Assembly: GCA_964035575.1 (NCBI GenBank)
Contig: OZ037835.1
Location: forward strand, 1,426,001 to 1,490,000
DNA length: 64,000 nucleotides
Source of the DNA: Rhynchopus sp. YZ270_cl-10
Taxonomy: Eukaryota
Direction of reading: 5' to 3'
Position numbers and translations under genes: made by a program. Shown piece by piece: positions 12,954-23,729 of this stretch. Every line of letters starts with the position of its first letter. Position 1 is the stretch's first letter. The notes under the pieces are model-generated. The model worked only from the letters and a program-made list of their open reading frames with translations, did no database searches and was not told the origin of the DNA.

Positions 12954-15900
12954 ATGAATCGATGTCATACGCTGTTGGTGTTGTTCTTGCAAAGTGTCTT
13001 CGCATACGCCGATGTCAACATGCATGGCAGCTGCACAGACTCCGGGTGCTGGCTGAAGTGCGGTGACTATGGCTCCGGTGCCGATCGGAATGTCTACTTC
13101 CTGTACTCTGCCGAGGGGTCGCCACTGGCAAAGGAGATCAACGGCGGTGAGGACGAGAATGTGTTTGCGTGGAAGCTTGGGATACCGGAAGGGGGCAGTC
13201 TTGTGGATGGGTGGACGCTGACACCGGACGGCACCTTCGTGACTGCGTTGAACAGCAGTGCTGACTTTAAGTACACAGCGCTGCTGAAGATGACAGGTGT
13301 GCCCAGTGTGACGCAGATGCCTGACGACTTCTCTGCAGTCGGGAATTTGGAGAACACACACTTCATATCTGTGACCTCGTCGACATCTTTGCGGTACGGG
13401 CCCACCCCTCTCGAGGCAAGGGACATGACCTCATATGATGTAACCGTCACGGCTGTGCACGCCCTGCAGTCGCTGTACCTCGTGGAGGTTGTGCACAGTG
13501 CGTCCAGTTGGACTGCAGTCTGGTGTCTTGCGCTCGACGGCACGCTACACCCCGTGATCCCCACAGCGTGCACGGCGCTGTCGACGACACACAACCCCGT
13601 GAAGGTGCTGACACACGCAGACAGCTTCGCGGTGCTCTACCCAGACGGGACAGTGCAGGCAAGCAGCGTCGGAGCTCTCTCCTCGGTGTCGGACCTCTTC
13701 GTCGTGGACGGCGTCTACTACGCGCTCGTGAACAACACAATACAGACCTGGGGTGCGCTGTCCTCCGAAACCACGCCGGTTGTGCCGTCACACCCGTTCA
13801 ACTTTGTGCCGTACTTCGGGAACACGATCTTCTATGCGAATGCGGAGGGTGGGGTGGTTTTGAACAGGGACAGCACAGTGTCGGTGTGGGGCGACGGCTC
13901 GCACAGCACGGTGCAGACACGCTTTGTGGATGTGGAGAATGTATACGTGAACTCGGGTGCGTTTGTGCTGCTGCACTCCGACATGACGGTGACTGCGTGG
14001 GGGAAGGCGAGCTGTGGCGGGGACTCGTCGAGTGTGGATCATCTGTTTGGGTCTGTCGTCAGCCAGATTGCGACACACCCGGCAAGCCGTGCCTTTGCTG
14101 TCCTCAACGCAATAGGCCGCATCATCACGTGGGGTGGTGGTGATGCATATCTACTGGATAAAGACAGTGCGGAGTTCAACTACTCGTTCATCTTCCCTCT
14201 CCCAACAGGGTTCGTTGGCCAGAGGCTGCCCGATGCGACGGTGTCCTGGGGTGATGTGCCTTCAGACACAGTGATGGAAACCTGTCTGTTGTATGTCACA
14301 GATCAGCGTATGTGTGACACTGTTCGTTGCAAACATGGTTGGTGGAAGCCGAATCCTGCAGAGTTTGTGTGCGACTGGAGCAGTCCGTACCAAGCCTGCT
14401 CAGAGGCAACCTGCTGTGTGGCACCTGTAACAGCTGCACCAACACCAGAACCAACATCTGCACCTGATACGCAGGTTCCAACCACAAGCATCCCCCTGAC
14501 ACTTCCCCCGACACTGCCGCCAGCAACAGCCACCCTCACAGCACCGCCGACAGCGCCTCCTTCAGAGCCGCCAACGCAGGTACCGGCAGAGGACACAGAC
14601 ACTCCACAGAACGATTCAACAGACACAGCTGCAACACTGTCACCCGTAACAGAGGCAACCGTAACAGGGATACCCAGCACACACACTCTGTCACCTGCAA
14701 CAGTCTCACCCTCATCAGAGTTCCCAACGCAGCTGCCAGCAGTGGACACAAATAACGATTCAACAGACACAGTGTCTCCACAGAACAGTGTCACAACACT
14801 GTCGCCCCCAACTGAGTCACCAAGAGATCGCGTGCTGGAGACAGAGACACCTGCAGGTGGCACGGATTCGTCATCCTCTGGCAGCACGGTTGCGGCAGTG
14901 GTATCGAGTATAGGTGTGTGCGTCCTGATGATGCTTCTGTACTGCTGCTATCGTCGCTGTGCTGTGGATGTCAGTGGCGAAGACAATGAGGAAGGTCTCG
15001 TCCTCGAGATGGCAACCGGTCTGCTTGGAACGGACACACAAGAGAACACTGTGCTTGAGACAGACGTTCCTTCCGATGGTATACTGGCAACAGTGGAGGA
15101 TTCTCGTGGCAGTGTGCCGGTGAGTCTTCCCTCGGGTCCTAGTGTCGAAGGCCCATCAGACCCTGTGTACGCGTCGTGGGTGAAGGACCGCGAGGTCGGC
15201 AGTGGTGCCTACGGTGTTGTGTACGTCGGACACCTGTCGGACGGGCGTGTGGTGGCGATGAAGGAGCAGACCTCTGCGACACGTGCAGATGCAGACGAGG
15301 CAGTTGCGAACCTGGAGCTGCTGCGCCGTCTGCGCCACCCACACCTGACGGAGATGTACGACGTGTGCTACGACGTGCCTGGACGGCGCATCTGCTGGCT
15401 CATGGAGTTCGTCTCGGGTGGGTCGCTTGGTGCATACGTGCGCAACCTTGGGCACAAGCTGGAGGAGGCGAAGGTGGTGTTCTACATGCGGCAGGTCCTG
15501 CAGGCAGTGAACTTCCTGCACATGAACAACGTTGTGCACCGTGACATCAAGGGCGAGAACATTCTCCTCACACGTGAGGGCACTGCGAAGCTCTGCGACT
15601 TTGACTCCATCAAATGCTGCGACAGCAACGACACCGACTACAAAACCACTGAAAGCAACATCTGCACACAGATGATGAGCACACAGTACAACACCTTGAT
15701 GGGAACCCCGAACTGGATGGCACCCGAGATGCTTGGACAGCTGACTGGGTTTGTGGAGGCGGGGCCTGCGTGCGACATCTTCAGCTTCGGGAGCACTGTG
15801 TCTGAGGTGCTGAACGAGGGTGTGCCTCCTGGGAACTTTGAGGGTGTGTGGGTGCATCTGGTCAAGACGATGCAGTTCCCGCCTGTGAACATGGTGCAGG

Positions 15901-16961
15901 ACGTGTCGCCTGAGGCCACAAGCTTCCTGTGTGCGTGTCTGAAGCGTGACCCTGAGGAACGCCTCACAGCAGGAGAGCTTCTGGAGGACCCGTTCATGAC
16001 ACGTTGGACAGACGCCCACATGACTGTGTCAGACACGACGTCCTGCCGACTGCTCACACCTCAACAGATGCAGACGAGACAAACAATTGACCCATTCCTC
16101 GGGAAGGGTGCCTTCGGTGTGGTGTACAGGGCAACTGTGGACGGACGTGACGGACACGTTGCTGTGAAGGAAGTGCAGTTGGACGTTTCACACACAAGCA
16201 AGGCACGAGAACGTGTGGAGCGTGAGTTTGTGCTGATGCGTGAGCTGCACCACCCACACATTGTGCCGTACCTCGGACACCTGTGGCGTGACGGGACGCG
16301 GCTCGAGATCTTTATGGAGTACATGCCAGGTGGGTCTGTGCGCAACCTGCTGCGTGCACGCAGGAAGGGTCTAGACGCAGGCACGATCTGCGAGTACACG
16401 AAGCAGGTGCTTCTTGGGCTGGAGTACTTGCACAGGGGTGGGAACGGGTTTGCACCGATTGCACACCGTGATGTTAATGCGGGTCACTTGCTGCTGTCGA
16501 TAGATGCGACAGTGAAGCTGTCGGACTTTGGATGCAGCAAGCTGTTTGAGTCGTCGTCTGAGGAAGTGAGCTTTGGTGCTGCTGGTGCGCAGACGTGTGT
16601 GGGGACGCCGTTCTGGATGGCGCCAGAGGTGCTGCAGCAGCGCACGGAGCGCAGTGGTGACTACGGGACACGGTGCGACGTGTGGTCGCTGGGGTGCACG
16701 GTGATTGAGATGCTGGGTGTGACACCGTGGCGAGCGAACGCACGTGAGGGCGAGCACGAGGTTCTGATGCGCATTCTGACAAGCACAGGTGGCCCGCCGA
16801 TACCTGCAGCTGCGCCGCCTGCACTCACAGCCTTCCTCGCACGCTGCTTTGTGCGCGACCCTGCCTTGCGCCCGTCTGCACAGACGCTCCTCGAAGACGC
16901 TTACATCACACTTGGTGCAGACGAAGACGAGGCCACAGCAGACGTGGAGTGTGTGTGGTAA
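12954..16961 (+). CDS. Receptor-like tandem kinase, copy 1 (signal peptide, RCC1-like beta-repeat ectodomain, Cys module, P/T stalk, TM, two STE/MAP3K-like kinase domains)
   Basis: Signal peptide MNRCHTLLVLFLQSVFAYA; V..WG repeats; TM VAAVVSSIGVCVLMMLLY. Kinase 1: GSGAYG/VAMK/HRDIKGEN/DFD/APE. Kinase 2: GKGAFG/VAVK/HRDVNAGH/DFG/APE. Confidence 0.9.
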   Translation: MNRCHTLLVLFLQSVFAYADVNMHGSCTDSGCWLKCGDYGSGADRNVYFLYSAEGSPLAKEINGGEDENVFAWKLGIPEGGSLVDGWTLTPDGTFVTALNSSADFKYTALLKMTGVPSVTQMPDDFSAVGNLENTHFISVTSSTSLRYGPTPLEARDMTSYDVTVTAVHALQSLYLVEVVHSASSWTAVWCLALDGTLHPVIPTACTALSTTHNPVKVLTHADSFAVLYPDGTVQASSVGALSSVSDLFVVDGVYYALVNNTIQTWGALSSETTPVVPSHPFNFVPYFGNTIFYANAEGGVVLNRDSTVSVWGDGSHSTVQTRFVDVENVYVNSGAFVLLHSDMTVTAWGKASCGGDSSSVDHLFGSVVSQIATHPASRAFAVLNAIGRIITWGGGDAYLLDKDSAEFNYSFIFPLPTGFVGQRLPDATVSWGDVPSDTVMETCLLYVTDQRMCDTVRCKHGWWKPNPAEFVCDWSSPYQACSEATCCVAPVTAAPTPEPTSAPDTQVPTTSIPLTLPPTLPPATATLTAPPTAPPSEPPTQVPAEDTDTPQNDSTDTAATLSPVTEATVTGIPSTHTLSPATVSPSSEFPTQLPAVDTNNDSTDTVSPQNSVTTLSPPTESPRDRVLETETPAGGTDSSSSGSTVAAVVSSIGVCVLMMLLYCCYRRCAVDVSGEDNEEGLVLEMATGLLGTDTQENTVLETDVPSDGILATVEDSRGSVPVSLPSGPSVEGPSDPVYASWVKDREVGSGAYGVVYVGHLSDGRVVAMKEQTSATRADADEAVANLELLRRLRHPHLTEMYDVCYDVPGRRICWLMEFVSGGSLGAYVRNLGHKLEEAKVVFYMRQVLQAVNFLHMNNVVHRDIKGENILLTREGTAKLCDFDSIKCCDSNDTDYKTTESNICTQMMSTQYNTLMGTPNWMAPEMLGQLTGFVEAGPACDIFSFGSTVSEVLNEGVPPGNFEGVWVHLVKTMQFPPVNMVQDVSPEATSFLCACLKRDPEERLTAGELLEDPFMTRWTDAHMTVSDTTSCRLLTPQQMQTRQTIDPFLGKGAFGVVYRATVDGRDGHVAVKEVQLDVSHTSKARERVEREFVLMRELHHPHIVPYLGHLWRDGTRLEIFMEYMPGGSVRNLLRARRKGLDAGTICEYTKQVLLGLEYLHRGGNGFAPIAHRDVNAGHLLLSIDATVKLSDFGCSKLFESSSEEVSFGAAGAQTCVGTPFWMAPEVLQQRTERSGDYGTRCDVWSLGCTVIEMLGVTPWRANAREGEHEVLMRILTSTGGPPIPAAAPPALTAFLARCFVRDPALRPSAQTLLEDAYITLGADEDEATADVECVW

Positions 16962-17317
16962 GAACCTTCGTTCTGACCACGTGCACTGCTTCTTTTGTTT
17001 CAAACGTTTTTCTTACATTGCTCGCTTACGTTTCGTTGTTTCTGTTCATATTTCATACTTTCATACAGCCCATATTAGCGACTCAGGGTTTGTGCTCCTC
17101 TATAGCCTCTCCCACACTGCGAAACAGGCAGAGGACTCCAACCGCACACTACATCACACAGACCTTTTTACCCTGTGTTCGCAATGATCCCCGTTCATCC
17201 GGTGAAGTGACATCATCCCTGACAACAAACTTGTGGAAGCCAGTGCAGCTGATGCTGTGCGATACCGAATATGATAAGGTGACTAAGCACGAGAGTCTTA
17301 GGGTCCTCTTATAAACC

Positions 17318-17838
17318 TTTCTCAACTGAGAAAAAGTAGCTCTGAGCAAACCCAGTGGAAGACGTGTGAGAATAAATACACTTTTCCTCACGCAGTGTGG
17401 AAAAGTAACAATAATTTTTGGCTGGGGTTTGTGTAGAAAAAAGACTATGTGTGAGGATTTATTGAGGCTTTTTTTGGTGTGAGGAAAAGTAGAGGGGGGG
17501 GTCAAAAAAAAAATTGGGTGGGAGAGTGGGTCATTTTGATATCACTGCTTCACATTTTGTCACTGTGACCAAAATGACCATTTTTTGGTCCATTTTTTCG
17601 GCCAAAAATTTGGTACCACAGGGCCATACCATAAACTGGGATTATCAATCTTTTGAAAATACGACCTGGTATTCGGGCATAGTAGCCTTACTGGGTGTCG
17701 AGCAGAGCCAATCTTAATAGTAAAATTCGATTTTCTGTGAAAAATATTTTCACCCAAAAAACGTCTTTTTTTTCTGCATATTCACCCCACACTTCTTCCA
17801 CGGGTTTGCTTAGAGCTACTTTTCCTTCAGTTGAGAAA
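17318..17838. mobile_element. MITE-like insertion in the copy 1-copy 2 spacer
   Basis: Imperfect ~45-bp TIR tttctcaactgagaaaaagtagctctgagcaaacccagtggaaga versus tcttccacgggtttgcttagagctacttttccttcagttgagaaa. Absent from the paralogous spacers. Confidence 0.65.
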
Positions 17839-18650
17839 ACTATTATATTCTGGTGACATCTTCACTTTCCCTCCACTCGTGCCCTTTCGGAAACTCGTGG
17901 CTGACTTTATCACACTCGCTTCGCTCGTGGGGTAAAATGCCACTCGTTTCTGAAAGGTACACTCGTGTGAGGAAAAGTGAATATTTCCTCAGACGAATAC
18001 ATAGATATTTCTTTGTATTTAAGTTCAACTTTCATTTCCTTCCACCACAACAAGCATTTCACACCACATGAGAATATGGCTTGCAAACTCTTGCAGTGCT
18101 TGTCCCCCCATGATCTGAATACGCGCAGCTACGCTGTCGTTGTGTTTTACAGATGCTGTTGTGTCAAACCTTTCGTGTGCTGTGTGCTAGACTTTAGTAT
18201 CCACCTCTGTGAGAGAGTTATTCAAGTGACCGTTTATTTTAAGTTGTCGTACCAATCAAAAAATATGAATTTCTGTACCTCGGGTTTTATTGCCCTGCCT
18301 TTTCATAAATACCACAGTTCTGAACTTCGGGCCAAATGGCTACTTTTACTGACGTCAAGTTCCGGGTTGTTCTGTGTTATCACACTACTCCTGGTAACTT
18401 CTTTCTGTTGTGGACGATGTTCTTCCTCTCGCAGGGATTTGCTGATTAATTACCACGGAAAACACAAAGTCGCTAAGTTCTCTGTTGGTAACAACCACAT
18501 CTGGTCCGTCACATACCTGGACCGTACACACGGCATACGTATCACTGATACGTTCTGTAGCCTCTGTCTCCCGTCTTCGTGCTTTGTATGGTTCGTGCAA
18601 TGTGCCCTGCTTCACACATCCTCTTACTACAGGTCACCCCTACCTTATCC

Positions 18651-21600
18651 ATGAATCGATGTCATATGCTGTTGGTGTTGTTCTTGCAAAGTGTCTTCGC
18701 ATACGCCGATGTCAACATGCATAGCGGCTGCACAGACTCCGGGTGCTGGCTGAAGTGCGGTGACTATGGTTCCGGTGCCGATCGGAATGTCTACTTCCTG
18801 TACTCTGCCGAGGGGTCGCCACTGGCAAAGGAGATCAACGGCGGTGAGGACGAGAATGTGTTTGCGTGGAAGCTTGGGATACCGGAAGGGGGCAGTCTTG
18901 TGGATGGGTGGACGCTGACACCGGACGGCACCTTCGTGACTGCGTTGAACAGCAGTGCTGACTTTAAGTACACAGCGCTGCTGAAGATGACAGGTGTGCC
19001 CAGTGTGACGCAGATGCCTGACGACTTCTCTGCAGTCGGGAATTTGGAGAACACACACTTCATATCTGTGACCTCGTCGACATCTTTGCGGTACGGGCCC
19101 ACCCCTCTCGAGGCAAGGGACATGACCTCATATGATGTAACCGTCACGGCTGTGCACGCCCTGCAGTCGCTGTACCTCGTGGAGGTTGTGCACAGTGACC
19201 CCAGGTGGACGGCAGTCTGGTGTTTCACGCACAGTCCCGTCATCCCCACACCCCTGTGCAACGCTATGGCTCTGCACAACCCCGTGAAGGTGCTGACACA
19301 CGCAGACAGCTTCGCGGTGCTCTACCCAGACGGGACAGTGCAGGCAAGCAGCGTCGGAGCTCTCTCCTCGGTGTCGGACCTCTTCGTCGTGGACGGCGTC
19401 TACTACGCGCTCGTGAACAACACAATACAGACCTGGGGTGCGCTGTCCTCCGAAACCACGCCGGTTGTGCCGTCACACCCGTTCAACTTTGTGCCGTACT
19501 TCGGGAACACGATCTTCTATGCGAATGCGGAGGGTGGGGTGGTTTTGAACAGGGACAGCACAGTGTCGGTGTGGGGCGACGGCTCGCACAGCACGGTGCA
19601 GACACGCTTTGTGGATGTGGAGAATGTGTACGTGAACTCGGGTGCGTTTGTGCTGCTGCACTCCGACATGACGGTGACTGCGTGGGGGAAGGCGAGCTGT
19701 GGCGGGGACTCGTCGAGTGTGGATCATCTGTTTGGGTCTGTCGTCGGCCAGATTGCGACACACCCGGCAAGCCGTGCCTTTGCTGTCCTCAACGCAACAG
19801 GCCACGTCATCACGTGGGGTGGTGGTGATGCATATCTACCGGATATAGGCAGTGCGGAGTTCAACTACTCGTTCATCTTCCCTCTCCCAACAGGGTTCGT
19901 TGGCCAGAGGCTGCCCGATGCGACGGTGTCCTGGGGTGATGTGCCTTCAGACACAGTGATGGAAACCTGTCTGTTGTATGTCACAGATCAGCGTATGTGT
20001 GACACTGTCCGTTGCAAACATGGGTGGTGGAAGCCGAATCCTGCAGAGTTTGTGTGCGACTGGAGCAGTCCGTACCAAGCCTGCTCAGAGGCAACCTGCT
20101 GTGTGGCACCTGTAACAGCTGCACCAACACCAGAACCAACATCTACAGCTGATACGCAGGTTCCAACCACGTCGCCAACAAGCATCCCCCCGACACTTCC
20201 CCCGACACTGCCGCCAGCAACAGCCACCCCCACAGCACCGCCGACAGCGCCTCCTCCAGAGCCGCCAACGCAGGTACCGGGGACAGTGTCTCCACAGGAT
20301 ATAACAGAGTCACCTCCAACACTGTCACCCGTGACAGAGGCAAGCGTAACAGGGACATCCAGCACGCCCACTCTGTCATCTGCACCTGATACGCAGGTTC
20401 CAACCACATCGCCAACAAGCATCCCCCCGACACTTCCCCCGACACTGTCACCTGCAACAGTCTCACCCTCATCAGAGTCGCCTGTGCCAAAGCAGGTTAC
20501 GGCAGTGGAAACAGACACTCCACAGAACGATTCAACAGACACAGTGTCTCCACAGAACAGTGTCACAACACTGTCGCCCCGAACTGAGTCACCAAGAGAT
20601 CGCGTGCTGGAGACAGAGACACCTGCAGGTGGCACGGATTCGTTATCCTCTGGCAGCACGGTTGCGGCAGTGGTATCGAGTATAGGTGTGTGCGTCCTGA
20701 TGATGCTTCTATACTGTTGCTATCGTCGCTGTGCTGTGAATGTCAGTGGCGAAGACAATGAGGAAGGTCTCGCTCTCGAGATGGCAACCGGTCTGCTTGG
20801 AACGGACACACAAGAGAACACTGTGCTTGAGACAGACGTTCCTTCCGACGGTATTCTGGCATCGGTGCAGAGCACTGGTGAGAGTGTGCCGGTGAGTCTT
20901 CCCTCGGGTCCGCACGTCGAAGGCCCATCAGACCCTGTGTACGCGTCGTGGGTGAAGGACCGCGAGGTCGGCAGTGGTGCCTACGGTGTTGTGTACGTCG
21001 GGCACCTGTCGGACGGGCGTGTGGTGGCGATGAAGGAGCAGACCTCTGCGACACGTGCAGATGCAGACGAGGCAGTTGCGAACCTGGAGCTGCTGCGCCG
21101 TCTGCGCCACCCACACCTGACGGAGATGTACGACGTGTGCTACGACGTGCCTGGACGGCGCATCTGCTGGCTCATGGAGTTCGTCTCGGGTGGGTCGCTT
21201 GGTGCATACGTGCGCAACCTTGGGCACAAGCTGGAGGAGGCGAAGGTGGTGTTCTACATGCGGCAGGTCCTGCAGGCAGTGAACTTTCTGCACATGAACA
21301 ACGTTGTGCACCGTGACATCAAGGGCGAGAACATTCTCCTCACACGTGAGGGCACTGCGAAGCTCTGCGACTTTGGCTCCATCAAATGCTGCGACAGCAA
21401 CGGGAACGTGCATTATTCAATTAAAAACAACAAAACCACTGAAAGCAGGGTCCGCACACAGATGATGAGCACACAGTACAACACCCTGCTGGGAACCCCG
21501 AACTGGATGGCACCCGAGATGCTTGGACAGCTGACTGGGTTTGTGGAGGCGGGGCCTGCGTGCGACATCTTCAGCTTCGGGAGCACTGTGTCTGAGGTGC

Positions 21601-22751
21601 TGAACGAGGGTGTGCCTCCTGGGAACTTTGAGGGTGCGTGGGTGCATCTGGTCAAGACGATGCAGTTCCCGCCTGTGAACATGGTGCAGGACGTGTCTCC
21701 TGAGGCCACAAGTTTCCTGTGTGCGTGTCTGAAGCGTGACCCTGAGGAACGCCCCACAGCAGGAGAGCTTCTGGAGGACCCGTTCATGACACGTTGGACA
21801 GACGCCCACATGACTGTGTCAGACACGACGTCCTGCCGACTGCTCACACCTCAACAGATGCAGACGAGACAAACAATAGACCCATTCCTCGGGAAGGGTG
21901 CCTTCGGTGTGGTGTACAGGGCAACTGTGGACGGACGTGACGGACACGTTGCTGTGAAGGAAGTGCTGCTTGAGGTCTCACACACAAGCAAGGCACGAGA
22001 ACGTGTGGAGCGTGAGTTTGTGCTGATGCGTGAGCTGCACCACCCACACATTGTGCCGTACCTCGGACACCTGTGGCGTGATGGCACGCGGCTCGAGATC
22101 TTTATGGAGTACATGCCAGGTGGGTCTGTGCGCAACCTGCTGCGTGCACGCAGGAAGGGGCTGGACACAGGCACGATCTGCGAGTACACGAAGCAGGTGC
22201 TTCTTGGGCTGGAGTACTTGCACAGGGGTGGGAACGGGTTTGCACCGATTGCACACCGTGACGTGAAGGCGGACAACCTGCTGCTGTCGATAGATGCGAC
22301 AGTGAAGCTGTCTGACTTTGGATGCAGCAAGCTGTTTGAGTCGTCGTCTGAGGACGTGAGCTTTGGTGCTGCTGGTGCGCAGACGTGTGTGGGGACGCCG
22401 TTCTGGATGGCGCCAGAGGTGCTGCAGCAGCGCACGGAGCGCAGTGGTGACTACGGGACACGGTGCGACGTGTGGTCGCTGGGGTGCACGGTGATTGAGA
22501 TGCTGGGTGTGACACCGTGGCGGGAGAACGCACGTGAGGGCGAGCACGAGGTTCTGATGCGCATTCTGACAAGCACAGGTGGCCCGCCGATACCTGCAGC
22601 TGCGCCGCCTGCACTCACAGCCTTCCTCACACGCTGCTTTGTGCGCGACCCTGCCTTGCGCCCGTCTGCACAGACGCTCCTCGAAGACGCTTACATCACA
22701 CTTGGTGCAGACGAAGACGAGGCCACAGCAGACGTGGAGTGTGTGTGGTAA
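18651..22751 (+). CDS. Receptor-like tandem kinase, copy 2 (both kinase domains with canonical motifs)
   Basis: Same architecture as copy 1. Kinase 1: HRDIKGEN + DFG. Kinase 2: HRDVKADN + DFG. Confidence 0.9.
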   Translation: MNRCHMLLVLFLQSVFAYADVNMHSGCTDSGCWLKCGDYGSGADRNVYFLYSAEGSPLAKEINGGEDENVFAWKLGIPEGGSLVDGWTLTPDGTFVTALNSSADFKYTALLKMTGVPSVTQMPDDFSAVGNLENTHFISVTSSTSLRYGPTPLEARDMTSYDVTVTAVHALQSLYLVEVVHSDPRWTAVWCFTHSPVIPTPLCNAMALHNPVKVLTHADSFAVLYPDGTVQASSVGALSSVSDLFVVDGVYYALVNNTIQTWGALSSETTPVVPSHPFNFVPYFGNTIFYANAEGGVVLNRDSTVSVWGDGSHSTVQTRFVDVENVYVNSGAFVLLHSDMTVTAWGKASCGGDSSSVDHLFGSVVGQIATHPASRAFAVLNATGHVITWGGGDAYLPDIGSAEFNYSFIFPLPTGFVGQRLPDATVSWGDVPSDTVMETCLLYVTDQRMCDTVRCKHGWWKPNPAEFVCDWSSPYQACSEATCCVAPVTAAPTPEPTSTADTQVPTTSPTSIPPTLPPTLPPATATPTAPPTAPPPEPPTQVPGTVSPQDITESPPTLSPVTEASVTGTSSTPTLSSAPDTQVPTTSPTSIPPTLPPTLSPATVSPSSESPVPKQVTAVETDTPQNDSTDTVSPQNSVTTLSPRTESPRDRVLETETPAGGTDSLSSGSTVAAVVSSIGVCVLMMLLYCCYRRCAVNVSGEDNEEGLALEMATGLLGTDTQENTVLETDVPSDGILASVQSTGESVPVSLPSGPHVEGPSDPVYASWVKDREVGSGAYGVVYVGHLSDGRVVAMKEQTSATRADADEAVANLELLRRLRHPHLTEMYDVCYDVPGRRICWLMEFVSGGSLGAYVRNLGHKLEEAKVVFYMRQVLQAVNFLHMNNVVHRDIKGENILLTREGTAKLCDFGSIKCCDSNGNVHYSIKNNKTTESRVRTQMMSTQYNTLLGTPNWMAPEMLGQLTGFVEAGPACDIFSFGSTVSEVLNEGVPPGNFEGAWVHLVKTMQFPPVNMVQDVSPEATSFLCACLKRDPEERPTAGELLEDPFMTRWTDAHMTVSDTTSCRLLTPQQMQTRQTIDPFLGKGAFGVVYRATVDGRDGHVAVKEVLLEVSHTSKARERVEREFVLMRELHHPHIVPYLGHLWRDGTRLEIFMEYMPGGSVRNLLRARRKGLDTGTICEYTKQVLLGLEYLHRGGNGFAPIAHRDVKADNLLLSIDATVKLSDFGCSKLFESSSEDVSFGAAGAQTCVGTPFWMAPEVLQQRTERSGDYGTRCDVWSLGCTVIEMLGVTPWRENAREGEHEVLMRILTSTGGPPIPAAAPPALTAFLTRCFVRDPALRPSAQTLLEDAYITLGADEDEATADVECVW

Positions 22752-23729
22752 GAACCTTAGTTCTGACCACGTGCACTGCTTCTTTTGTTTCAAAAGTTTT
22801 TCTTACATTGCTCGCTTACGTTTCGTTATTTTCTGTTCATATTTCATACTTTCAGCCCATATTAGCGACTCAGGGTCTGTGCTCCTCTATAGCCTCTCCC
22901 ACACTGCGAAACAGGCAGAGGACTCCAACCGGACGCTACATCACACAGACCTTTTTACCCTGTGTTCGCAATGATCCCCGTTCATCTGGCTGATGAGTGG
23001 AAGCGGGAGTAGCACGTATCAGATGTATGTAGGACTGCATGGTTGTCCATCCCGGTATCCGGTCGTGTACTAAGGTACCCTGTAACGAGAGGGTTTTGTA
23101 TTTCAGTTCAACTTTCATTTCCTTCCACCACAACAAGCATTTCACACCACATGAGAATATGGCTTGCAAACTCTTGCAGTGCTTGTCCCCCCATGATCTG
23201 AATACGCGCAGCTACGCTGTCGTTGTGTTTTACAGATGCTGTTGTGTCAAACCTTTCGTGTGCTGTGTGCTAGACTTTAGTATCCACCTCTGTGAGAGAG
23301 TTATTCAAGTGACCGTTTATTTTAAGTTGTCGTACCAATCAAAAAATATGAATTTCTGTACCTCGGGTTTTATTGCCCTGCCTTTTCGTAAATACCACAT
23401 TTCTGAACTTCGGGCCAAATGGCTACTTTTACTGACGTCAAGTTCCGGGCTGTTATGTGTTATCACACTACTCCTGGTAACTTCTGTTGTGGACGATGTT
23501 CTTCCTCTCGCAGGGATTTGCTGATTAATTATCACGGAAAACACAAAGTCGCTAAGTTCTCTGTTGGTAACAACCACATCTGGTCCGTCACATATCTGGA
23601 CCGTACACACGGCATACGTATCACTGATACGTTCTGTAGGCTCTGTCTCTCGTCTTCGTGCTTTGTATGGTTCGTGCAATGTGCCCTGCTTCACACATCC
23701 TCTTACTACAGGTCACCCCTACCTTATCC

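Noticed and set aside
22990..23025. Hammerhead ribozyme (ctgatgag) or SECIS (atga...ga)
   Set aside because: There is no GAAA after a stem II, ctgatga is not conserved in the 9.6-kb copy, and there is no apical AA or SECIS geometry.
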